A stretch of DNA of 54,207 nucleotides, counting the filler, from Dirinaria sp. TL-2023a (Eukaryota): NCBI GenBank assembly GCA_051941275.1. It is 4 parts of 4 records of this genome, joined end to end, with 100 filler letters (N's around TTAATTAATTAA, not from the genome) between each part and the next. Parts side by side here need not be neighbours in the genome. Positions count along the whole stretch, not along the records: positions 27,164 to 40,639 come from JAVEBF010000684.1; positions 40,740 to 54,207 come from JAVEBF010000685.1; 2 more parts are not named here. One strand, given 5' to 3'. The translations under genes were made by a program, and so were the position numbers. The notes below the pieces were generated by a model. It made no database searches, was not told the origin of the DNA, and was given only the letters and a program-made list of their open reading frames with translations. Positions within the stretch are counted from its first letter, which is position 1. The number at the start of each line of letters is the position of its first letter. Below are positions 36,427 through 47,989 of the stretch, piece after piece.

Positions 36427-39295
36427 TGTGACCCTTTCAATCCTTCACTCTTTCAACCTCACTTTTTCTTTCAACCTCTCCGGACTTGATGAGATTTATG
36501 ATTTTTGACACCTTTCTGATGCACTGGTGAACGATGACCCGCACCGACCGAGTGCGAGTACCTTCAGGAAGTGAAACCGAGCGGCAGATACTGTGGTCGG
36601 CAGACTGTGGACCTTGAGGAGGGAGGGGGGGGGGAACTCTGACGTGGACGATTCTGGGCGGAGAAAATAGTCGAGGTAGTATTGGTACAATCTAGGACGA
36701 AGGAAAACGACGGGCTAAGGAGCGTAAATAGTTGAGGCCGTGCAGCAGTTCGGAAAGGTGGAAGATATGAAATTAGCAGATGTGTGTTGGAGATTGCGGA
36801 CCGGTGTGTTGGCTACAGGTATTTCCAGCAAAATTCTGCAAGACCCGCTCAGGAGAACCGCGCCAAGCTTTAAAGATTTAGTGCCATCGGAAAAGAAGAG
36901 CTCGGTTTCATCATGACCGCGTCTCGACTGGATCCTACGGCCGGCATTGCACCCATAGTACCCATAGTGCACCCATCGTCCCTTTCTATCCTGAACAACT
37001 CCCATCAGGGCCATCACGATTTAGAAAAAAAAGGGTCCCTGATGACATATTCATGCAGCCCCAATCATCACCCTGCGCGGAAACTTGGTTCTCGGTCTCC
37101 TTGCACGCGCCTCATTGCGGCTCAAGTTTAATATAGGAGCAGTCAACTGTCCCTATATGCGCCCAGTGACATATTTCTCCGAGTGCACAGGCTGACCATG
37201 ACCTGTAAGCTTTTGCCATTCGAATCACGGACGTGTTACAGATCGTACACGCGATATAAAATGCTACCGTAACGCCGTCGTGCTCATTTCGCTCCCCGCG
37301 CATCTGCAAATATGGACCGCAGAAGCTCATAATAGCCATTGGACTTCGTCTGCTGATACTGCCTGGCTGCAAGAGTGCCCAACAGGTGGATGGAAAGATT
37401 GTTTGGCCAGAAATGCCTTTCCCATCTATTACTCGCACGTATACCAGAGTTCCAAGTACATGTGGTCGATGGACCCTTTTTCGTCCTGAACGACGCTAGA
37501 AAGGGAGGACGAAGCGATTGCACTGGGGAACGTGGAATGAAGAAATAGCTACATAATCTAGCTGTTGGAGCGTAGGATCACATCCGATTGGGAAGATTCA
37601 CGAATACGTACATTCTGCCCCCGGAGGAGCAGGAAAGCACGAATTTCCCAACTGCGCGCCAGTGCAGATTGCCCCTGCACTGTCCTTGCAGTAGCACCGA
37701 CATCGGCGAGCTTGCTTATCTCGATGTAATCGCAGAGAACCTCATATTCAGTACAGTAAGTTCCGTGGGGGAGGAAATCCATTCTGCCATTACTATATGT
37801 ACTTTTGCCACCGCAGCTTGGCGCTGGCTCGGATGAGATTATTCAGATTTTTGACTGGTCAACAGGTTGAAGGAATCTGGTGCGTGCACAGTCACCTGTG
37901 TGTCAGCATGGAAATCCTGAGATTCAGCGGGCGCCACAGCTATACGTCAACGTGCAGTCGTATCGTCGATATCCTGCATAAGTAGTAGTTGTTAGTACTG
38001 AAGTACAAGGCTGTAAGTGCCCCTTATCCATAAACTTGCGAAAGGTGACGCTGAGCAATGAGATAATTGGGTACATTATTCTGGCTCAGGCAGAACTGAG
38101 CATCGATTTATGTACACTAATGTGATTTGAAGGCTGGGCGATGAGTCAGTACCTGGTGCTGCTATACAGCGACTACCTTGTCATTACTGTATGTCAATGA
38201 CGCATAAGGTGGCAGTTGACTGGCAGAGCAGAAATCGATAGCACGTTGTACCATGAAGCTGTAATTTTTACATCATCTATAGTGTGGAAATTCTGGCAAT
38301 ATCTGGTCAGCCACTGTATAGTACGTTCGCATAAGTCTAAGGTACATCCCCCTTTTACACCAAAACCCGTCTCTTACCCACCAACAAAAAAGCTACTAAA
38401 GCATCTTGTTAACTTCTATAAATTTCAAAACTTTTAGATGCTCCCTCGAGCTCACATTGCACGGACTCAGATTTCGGAGATCGATACATTATTTCAAACA
38501 GGATTAACTTGAACGTATAAATTCCTTGAGTTTCTCATACAAATTGGACCAGTTTCAATCATCCATATGCTCTCTCGCAAGCTCGGCAAACGAAACAGAA
38601 TAATCGGAATTCTGAATCGACAAAAGATCGTAGTTTACTAAGCTTCATAAATTTTGTCAGAGAAAGAAAGTTGATTGACCGTGAAGGATTTTGTACTGCC
38701 TGGGAAGTTGATGGTGTTCGAGGATCGTCCGAGGATGGAGAAGCTCTTCCAAGGGATATATTTCCGACGGTCTCGATTTGGGAGTAGTAGTGCAAAGTGA
38801 ACAATCGCAGGACTTGAATAATAATGTGAGATAATGATGGATCTCATGTAAAGAGTAAAAGGGTATCGGTATCAGGATACGTTCCCGCCCTTGATTTAGT
38901 CAACAGACTATTCATAGTATCTACCTGCCGTGCAACAATGATAGGGGTCGGGCAGCCCGCGTATCTGGAACGAGAGTGTTAAACAAATAATAATGATGAA
39001 ACAACGAGACATTTTGACACACACCTGCATCACCCTCCAGACAAAGACTGCGCAGACCATGTAGGCACTCCGCATTTGTCTAGAATTGTCGTGCAATTCA
39101 ACCTTCAGGTTCTCCACGAGTCCAAATAGACCTACCACCCCACATGTATTGTACATAAAGTGGAAGAGGTTCAATTTCTCTCAGTCTCGAGCCACTTAGC
39201 GGCCCCCACCTACGAGGGTACCTTAAAAATTACCTTATTCAGCCTCCTTTCAACACCCCTTGCAGTAAATTGACCTTCTTCGGCATTCGGATATC

Positions 39296-40639
39296 ATGAA
39301 GCTCCTCTCTCACATCCGGTCCAAGTCACGCCTCAAGAATGGCGAGCCTCAAGCGCAGGTCTACGAATATGGTGCCTCCAATCCAGGCTTTGCGTACCCA
39401 TCAAGCAGACCGAATCCGACAGCGAAGTTGCCGGACAATGCGCTCAAGGCCATCTTCGCCGCAGTGTGCCCTCACAGTCAGGACGATTCATATTTGAGCT
39501 CGGAAGATTCAATGCCAGATGGAGGATGCTTGCTGTGTGATTTACGAGACCTGGCGCATTGTGCGATGGTCAATCGACAATGGGCCGGCCCTGCGCAGGA
39601 CATGCTGTAAGTACTCGCTGAGGTCGGCCATTAGCGAAAACTAATGGTGGCGTTTCCCAGATATCACAGCATACGTATCGACCCGGTGCATTACTGCCAG
39701 CTTGAATTCGAGCTATGTGAGAAACGCAAACGGAAGTCCCATCGGTTCGACCGCAATGGAGAACAAGCCGACGCACCTGCGGAACGATTGCAGCTCCTCT
39801 CCAGGACGGTCCGGGAGAACCAGTATCTGGCAAGCCAAGTTCAGTTTTTGAAGATGCCCTACATGACGCGAGAGTCCTGCGTAGCCGACCTTGCGCGCAC
39901 GGTGCAGGTTCTCCCAAACCTGCGTTTTATTGACTTGCCTGAAGGTTTCTTCAGCGATAGCCCGTCGTCAGCCACATTGAAGCAGGAACTTCAGGTGCGA
40001 TGTCCAGACATACGGAAGATGAGGTATACAGCGGGCGCTGAGCGCAGCTTCATCATGCTACCTCAGACCCGACAGTGGCAGAATCTGGAAGTGCTCGAGC
40101 TGTCTCGTCTGCTCGTGGAACCATCCATGCTGACCTACGCCCTCTCGTCTTTTCCCGTACTCCAGGAGCTGAAGCTGGTCAATCTACCGCTGCTCGAAGA
40201 TAGTATTTTCCAGCCCGGTCCACAGCGAAATTCGTTCCCCCCGCTGGCGAAGCTTTCCCTACGCGATACTCCAAACATCACCGCCTCCGGACTGGCCACG
40301 TACCTGTCCAGCCCGGTGAACCGCGAAAACCTCTCCTCCCTCACCCTCACCAACACCGGCATCCTGATCGAGTCCCTGCACTCTATTCTCGCGACAGCGC
40401 CGTATCTCACAAACCTTCACATCACGGAAAGCGTGTCACGTAGCCTCCCTCTGCAACCAACTCCACCACCTCTCACCTCCCGGTCCGTGCGCACGCTACA
40501 CTTCCTAATCACCAACGCCAGCAACAACAACAACAACAACAACAACAGAGGCGCCCCCGCTCAACCCACTCCCCCCTCAGAATCCTACTACAACTACCTA
40601 GCCACCTCGCTGCTCTCAAGCTCCCTCCCATCCCTCCAC
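39296..40639 (+). CDS. F-box / LRR protein (intron 39607-39660; 3' end lost in gap)
   Basis: KLPDNALKAIF..VCPH..CLLCDLRDLAHCAMVNRQW...L|YHSIRID split F-box; LRRs LPNLRFIDL, NLEVLEL, LQELKL; (AAC)n poly-Asn near 40522. Confidence 0.8.
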
Positions 40640-40739
40640 NNNNNNNNNNNNNNNNNNNNNNNNNNNNNNNNNNNNNNNNNNNNTTAATTAATTAANNNNN
40701 NNNNNNNNNNNNNNNNNNNNNNNNNNNNNNNNNNNNNNN
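40640..40739. other. Assembly gap with artificial linker
   Basis: N-run containing TTAATTAATTAA, 100 bp in total. Confidence 0.97.
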
Positions 40740-40948
40740 GCCGCACTAGCCTTATCGCTCAGAAGACGGACTTGCTGCTCCAGCTCTGCGATCCGAGCGC
40801 TTTGTCGCGCAGAGGCGCCGCAGTGCGGACATTTCTCTGCTGCTGTTGCGCTGGGGCCGGCGCCGCCGGCAGTGGATGAAGGTGAGAAGGTGGTGTATGT
40901 TGCTGTCGCGCTGGGTGTTGGTTGGATGAGGGTTGAGGTTGAAGACAT
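40740..40948 (-). CDS. 5' fragment of a coiled-coil protein, probably of the Sec2 (Rab GEF) N-terminal-domain family; rest lost in gap
   Basis: CPHCG followed by RIAELEQQVRLLSDKASAA resembles the N-terminus of filamentous-fungal Sec2p-domain proteins; only about 69 codons are visible. Confidence 0.5.
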
Positions 40949-41820
40949 TTGATGGGTTGCAGGCGAAGGAGAGAAGAAAGGTGGGGAACAGTTTGGGGGG
41001 TTGTTTCTGAAGTGAATAATGCGCGAGGAGGTTTGCGGGCTGAGTGGAATGTTTAGGGTGGATTTGGATCCTGGTCAGCAGATTTGATACTGTAATAGGG
41101 CTAGATGCGGCTCTGCGGAGAGTGAGCCACAGTGGCGGTGGCTAAGGGTGTACGATACATATTTTTAGCTGGTAAAGTAAAGAGGTATGAGGTTGGACTA
41201 AGGTACCTAACTGGTAGGTATCAGGTTAGGCTATTCGGGGTCTCATGAGTATAAGGTAGCCTAGGCTTTTGTATAACTGATAACTTCAACTGTAGCTTCG
41301 AGAATTCGTGCTTCAATCAATGCAGAAGTATGCGTCTTTCAGATATTTTTGCTCATCAATGTGTAGCCGCAAACAATGAACTGGATTAATGCATGCTATT
41401 GTACATGAGAGTGGTCGCGTACAATGTCTAAGTACCGGCATCTGGTGCTCATATACCGTGCTACATCGGCCCTCAGAGGACCGCTTGCGAAACAGACGAA
41501 ACCAGTCCTCGGCCGGCTGTGAAGCCCCAATGCTTTGCTCGAGCTTGTGCATTCTGTGCGCAGACTATGGCGATTTCGACAGACAAATAAGGAAATGAAG
41601 AAAGGAGAAGCTTGCATATGAGCGAGACGGGCTATCTACCCAGACTAGCCCATGCCGAGCACCGCAGCGGTGCATGAGAAACCACGCCGGTTTGTCTGTG
41701 CCCCAAACGCCTGGGGAAAGGGGGTTGTTAACGGAAGAGACGAGATGCTGGATTGTAAGTTCGCAGAGTGGTTGGTGGTGAAGTCGGGAGTGATGTCGGC
41801 TCGCGGGGCAAGAGATCGGC

Positions 41821-43899
41821 TCAGGAAGCAATGGCGCGAGCAGCTGGGTTGTTGGTCTTTCGATTGTTGCGTGCTTTGGATGGCACCGTGCTCCACCCGT
41901 CGTTTTCCAGAGATTCCGCGCTTGGCTCGACATTGGTGTCTGGCTGCTGCGTAGAGGCTCCGTTGACTTTGGTTTCGCCATCCTTCATATCCCTGACGAT
42001 TTCCTTCGGCTTGATGGCTTTGTCATCAATGATATTTCCATTCGCGTCACCTTCCTCAACCTCTTCATCCGCAGTAGACATATCCTCATTGGCAGTCCTT
42101 CGAAGGATCTCGTAATTCTTGCCCGCGGTCGGCGAGGTCACGCCATTCTCCGTATCCTTTTCTGTTCCATTTGAGCTGCTTTTCGCGGGTGGTTCTTCGT
42201 CCGCCCGTTCCGCTCTGGCGGCTCTCTCGGCTTCTTTGGCCAGCTTCTGCTCCTCTTTCGCCTTTTCCTCCGCGACTTTCTTCTCCTCACGAGCTTTCTC
42301 CTCTGCCTCCCTCTTCTCCCGAAGTGCAATTTGACGTTTTTCCTCAACCTCCTTCTCTCGGGCTGCAGTATCTATTGGTCTCGCTGCGCCGAACGGGCTA
42401 ACCTTTGCATCTGGGATCGCGGGACTAGCGGCGGGCGCATCCGGAGCCTCAGAGACGGTACGCTTCTGCAGATTCAGCTTCGGCCGTGTAGCTGGAGGGG
42501 CGGGTGTTGTAACGGGTGATGATGGGGTACTAGCCTCACGAGTAGATAATGCTGGTGATTTGTTCGCGGGGGCAGGCGCGGCAGGCGGATCAGGCCTCAT
42601 CTTCGATCTCCATTGATTGTCAAGCTCTGGAGCAGTTGGTGCTCGGTCAACCACTGGCCGCTCCACAAATTCACGTCGTGGAGGACGCGATCCGTCTTGG
42701 GAACGGCCCTCTCCCCAGGCTGGCGAGTTTCGCCTCTCCTTTAGTGGTCCGTCACGACTGACAGGGCGGTCAAAGTTTCTTGCAGGTGGCGCGCTTGGTA
42801 GAGTAGGCGTAAGCGGTCCTTTCCTATCCCAATTACCGAAGTCTCGAACTTTCGTCTCACTCTCCCCATACCCTCGGCGTCCTCCGCGCTCACTACCAGC
42901 TTCTGAGACATTGTCAAAGCCTCGGGACGCAGGATTGAAGCCGCCACGATCTGAGACCCTTCGAGCCCCACCAATGTCCGGAAGCGGTCCTTTCCGAGTC
43001 CAGTCATTTAATTCACGTGCGTCCGGTCTCTCCTTTTCTGTGATTGAAGTTAGTGTACGAACCGTCATGAGCTGCTGAACAAGCCAGATCAAAGCAAATA
43101 GATGTCTTACGTGGTTCAGCGACGCTGACCCTGATATTCCTCCCCTGAAATTGAGTGCCATTGAAATCCAGTGCCTTTTTTAACCCATCTAGGGTTGCGA
43201 ACTCGGCATATCCGAAGCCCTTTGGCTTTCTGTCTAGCTTGTCTTCCACAATGCGGACGCTGGTGACCTGGCATGCTTGGAAGAGATCCTGCACGTCGCC
43301 TTCGGTAGCGTCGAAAGACATGTTACCTAAATGAACGGTATAAGGTGGTTTGGTTGGAAGAGGCAGTTGTTCGCGCATTGAATATCCGCGGTCTGGCAAC
43401 GGTTAGGGAGTACCACACAACATTAGATTGACCGAGGACCGTACCTGCATAGCTGGAGGCACTGCCATAAGCGGGAGTAGAGCTGAATGATCGATCGCCC
43501 CCATAAGCTGGTCGAGTAGCTGTCACAATTAGCCACCAATCGAAAGCAGTTACTGTACCATTCAGGGAACGATAGTCGTGCGGACATACATGCTATAACG
43601 TATCGTTAGCCAAGTTGCACAGAGTGTAGAATAAGTATCCGACTTACAAGGCATGGGCATGTCTTCCATTTCATCGGCCCATGAGCCCAAAGCTACACGC
43701 AACGTCAGCTCCCTGAACACGGGACTTCGAAAGCATCCGACACATACAGGAATCTTGGAGAAAGTCCCCAAGAGCCATCTTTTGGCCCTTTGACTTCTGA
43801 GGAGCTGTTGACCAACAGTCAGCCTTATGAACAAGGCACACAGATATTGAACGGCCGCCTCGCAGACGATCTGCTTAGCGGCCAGAAATACGGACCCAT
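41821..43899 (-). CDS. TIF3: Translation initiation factor eIF4B (RRM); multi-exon, with a 4-nt first coding exon and a probable 3-nt microexon
   Basis: M|APQKSKGQKMALGDFL..GSWADEMEDMP, RRM PPYTVHLGNM..KPKGFGYAEF..GRNIRVSVAEP, repeats DWTRKGPL/NWDRKGPL, RPKLNLQKRT and SPFGAARPIDTAAREKEVEE. Confidence 0.93.
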
Positions 43900-44307
43900 G
43901 ATTGCGGTGTGCGCTCCACCGAGCGTAGACACACTTTAGAATTGCGAAGCCCAGCGACCAGGGCTGTTTGGATAGATGAGTTGATGATAGATAGCAATAT
44001 GTGTTCGGTCTCCTTTCTGGGGAGAGATGCGTTGATGGGAGGGAGAAGATGTTGGATTTGCGAGTTGACCCGAATCAAAATTAAATTTAGCCGAATCCCG
44101 CTAGCGCAGCCTTACGAGACTGGATTGAACTACTGGATCTCTTGGACCATGTCATCTTGCAGTCAAATCTTCACAATCTCTCGGGTCTGTTCTATGTCAT
44201 CTTACCTCCATATTGTGATGACTGCAGAGATGGAATCTCTCTAGAGAAGCGATTTTTTCGTTTTTTCTTCTTTTCTTTTTCAAAAGCCAGGACAAGGAAA
44301 TCCCGCA

Positions 44308-45271
44308 ATGGCCAGCAACCGGAGTTATCGTGAACATCTGATTGAAGCCTACCCAGTGAGAACAGTCTTCCTACCAGCACTACAGGCTGGTGCATGTACT
44401 GGTAAGCTTTCAACTTGCCATCTGTGACTGTCTCAACTCTCGGGTATCTGGATGTGCTTATCAGTGGGATTCCTTGGCATGTAAAGGATGAAAATACGTG
44501 TCTACCTGAGCTGGGGTTTTGGGAGAAAGTTACAGATTCTTCGGAACATGTGCAGATATGACAGTATCCGCCACTGAATGTAACACTCTTGCGCTTATTG
44601 ATTCTGTGTAACATAAGAACTTTCACTCTGCTGTGCCTGTATCATATGTTTGCTGTATTTCGAACGAAGGCAAAAGCTTTTCAGCTCTTTAGGATCGATC
44701 AATGACTGACTCTGTCATAGGATCAGCTGGACTGCTCTTCGGCGGTGTCCTGGGTATTATACGGTCATCAACCCCCGTGCTTTTTGCCATGGCATCGAGC
44801 TTACAATGGTTCGCCTTGGGGAGTACCTTCAGTTTGGCGAGAGCCGGTATCTCTCGCGCTTGGGAAGTACAGCCAACCTCGCCTCCAGCAGACCGAGTGA
44901 AATTAAGTGCTGTTGCGGGTGGTATTACAGGTGGCTTTGTTGGAGGCGTGACCAGAGGTCGAGGCAATGTCATTCCAGGAGCCATCATGTTTACCACATT
45001 TGGCTACATTGGCCAGCACCTCTATAACCAATTGGACGAGCGTCACACCCAGAAAGTGCAGCAAGTAGGCGCGGATGGAGTTGAGACTGGGAGCTGGTGG
45101 AAGCGTGTTGCAAACAGTAAATGGAGCCCAATGAAGGTTCTTTCGGACGAAGAATATGAGGAGATCCTCCAAGAGAAGCTACTGCGAGTCCAAGCCGAGA
45201 TAGCTGTCCTGGACGATGACATCGAGAAGTTGAAGAGACGCCCTGTAGACATGGAATCGGAGAGGGACTGA
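44308..45271 (+). CDS. Tim17/Tim22/Tim23-like mitochondrial inner-membrane protein; intron 44402-44720
   Basis: Gly-zipper TM helices (G|SAGLLFGGVLG, QWFALGSTF, SAVAGGITGGFVGG, NVIPGAIMF..FGYIGQ) and C-terminal KWSPMKVLSDEEY coiled coil; GTAAGC..CTGAC..TAG joins in frame. Confidence 0.75.
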
Positions 45272-45345
45272 ACACAAGCATAGTTCGTGCATACATCGAT
45301 AGGGGTTTGGAAGCCTCCAAAATCGGCTTCGCCAACTTCATAAAA

Positions 45346-47588
45346 CTATTCATCATCATCCCAGTCACCCTCAGCCTCTGCCCATCCGCAACCCCATCTC
45401 CTACCCCCGGTCTCGCCTCCTACCCTCAGGTCCCTAGCTTCAGGCCCTTCCCGCCAACACCTCGCTGTGTGATCATCTCCAATTGTGATGAGCTCTCCAC
45501 GCGACGTCCAGCTAACACCTGTTACTTCATTACTGTGGCCGCGTTCGAGAGCGGTACCTTGATGATAAATGGGGATCCTATCAAGGAGCTTTGTACGGGG
45601 CAGGGGCTCACGCCATAGTACCAGGCCCGGGGGGCTAGGCCTTGAGCCTGGATAGTTGACGACGTGGATGTCATCTGAATCTTTAGGCTTGAGATATCGC
45701 TCATCTGTAGGAAAGAGGACAGCACAGCCATCGCTACTCCCGACCGCTAGCAATTCGCTGTGCTCTCGTGTGGCTGGTCTCAAAGCGGATTTGATATAGA
45801 AGGACGATGCAAGGAATTGTGGATGTCGGAGACCATAAATTGGTCCTAGTCCTTTCTTCCCCGAGCGTCTCGTTGGCAGAGAACCGGACTTCGATAATGA
45901 AAGCTCTGGGGCTTGGCCAACGATGAGATGAGCTGTCGAATAGGCATAGACGGTATTATCTCTGCATACCGTGTACAGGCGTCCGCCATCACCACTCAGG
46001 CTCATTGAGGTCAGCCCGAACTGACGGTGGCTGCCATGGCTTTCTGGCGCGTCTGTACTTGACAAGGGTATTGCGCACCCACGACGGTTTTTGTATGCAG
46101 TGCGTAGATCCCAGAGCTTCACAACTGCGTTGGCCTCTGATCCAGTAAGCAGCATATGTTCACGACCGGATTCCATAAAAGAGAGAGCAGTAACCGAAAC
46201 AGCATTACGCGCATCTCGATTGGATACTAATCTGTCACTTGAGCTGCCGGCTCCTTGAATTTCATGGCTGGGTATTTGCGCGTGCCCGTTATGGATAGCG
46301 CCGATGGGTCGAGCAACGTGAAAGTTCGGTTCGTCTAGTCGCCATGAGCCGTCGCTCTCTACGGGCGCTGATGTCGCCCTTGGATTTTGTACAAGCATTT
46401 GGTATCCTCTAGCCCGCAGATCCCATATCAGCACGCTCCCGTCGCGGCTCGAGGTGGCGATCACGGTCGAGCTCCCTGGCTGGAAGCGGACCTGCTTGAC
46501 GGACGAGGAATGCGCTGCCAACGTGAAAATCGCTGTTTGAGTCCGCACATCAATGACCTCTGATGTCTGGTCCCCGGAAGCCGTGGCGAGTAGCAGGTCA
46601 TCAGGAGAAAAGGCCAAATCTAGGACGGCGTTTTCATGGGGCCGAAAAAAGACGTATTCCCGGGCGAATCCGGCTTTGACTTTTTTATCCGAGTCGAGAA
46701 GTCTAATGCCACCTTCTTCATCTCCGATCGCGACAAGTGTATTAGCTACCTCGGTCAGCAATTAACGACTAATATACTTGACGGTCACTCACTATTGCAA
46801 GCGAGCATGCAGAAGGGAGTGGCATGTCTAACTCCAGTCGGTGCGAGGTTTATACATTCATACAAATCGGCAGGTAAGGTACTAAAGTTGGTGGTTTCAT
46901 ATTGCCATTCTACGCACATCAGCAAGCAATTCGTGGGGCCTCTTGGCTCCTACGTACCAGTGCCATAACTCAAATAAGATGTTCCTCGCGTCTTGAATAA
47001 TTGCTGACTTTCCCGGAGCAGAGCCTGCCCCGGAAAACAATGCTGGTCCCAACGAAAAATCGGTCTAATTGTCTTCTGGCCGTATTCAACGTCAGACTCG
47101 AGCGAACTCGCTGTGGAAGCTTCAACATCGTCGTCTGTATCGGAAGCTTCTCCATCCTGGTAAACAGCTGGTGGTGACCCATGACCGCCCCTTAATGGCG
47201 ATGAGCTGCTAGGTGTGGTGACTGGAGTTAGGAGTTTTGTTTGCTTCCTCTTCCTTGAAACATAGGGGACTGCCCCTGCATCGTCTTCCACGAGCACTTT
47301 GGCTCGCTCTGATGCAGTCCGTTGTCGGCCTAGGCTTCTAGAATTTGAACCACTGGCAGTGATGTCTCTAAGCACCCGACCGGAGGAACCGGTCGTGGGA
47401 CTTTGCCTCAGAGACGAGCGTGGCGTGAAAAAGCGCTTGAACCTTCGAGGAGTGACTGTGGGCAGTTGCTTGGGTTTCGCCGTGCTCTCTTGACTCGAAA
47501 TATCCGGAGTTGGTAGAGAATCATCATTTTCGTCCGGGGTATGCCTTCTCTTGCGAGAACGGCCTTGGCTACTGGACTGATCCATCAT
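45346..47588 (-). CDS. cdt2: WD40 protein Cdt2/DTL (CRL4 substrate receptor); 3 exons
   Basis: TPRRFKRFFTPR N-terminus, PFC..CN|.NTLVAIGDEEGGIRLL, HENAVLDL..LATASGDQ, HSSSVKQV..TSSRDG..IWDLR (WDxR motif), SSFYIK and LITIGDD. Confidence 0.88.
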
Positions 47589-47989
47589 TTTCTAATTAAC
47601 AAGTATAAATCATAACAATACCGTCATGCTTCCGAGACGGGCTAGAGACACCCTCGTAATGATTGTGTGCGATTGCGATAATCTACATGTAATTGCGAGC
47701 CCTGGTTCATACAGACTTCCAGAGCTACAAGTTAATCTACAGAGACCAGCTTACTGCGATATTGCGTCGCGCTTTCTCTGTCGCGACGTGTTGCCGAGGT
47801 TCTTCCGTCGGTAGTGGCGCTAGGCTCCTTTCGATATAGACATCGGGTAAAATTTCCTTTCCATACCGGTAGGTAACGATCTTTCTATGAACCGCTGCAA
47901 CACTTTCCTTCAAATATGGACGGGTTGCGGGAATGAGGCTTTTGACGCCTGCATGGCATCTGAAGAAAATTTTGTCGTTCATAATCGTA

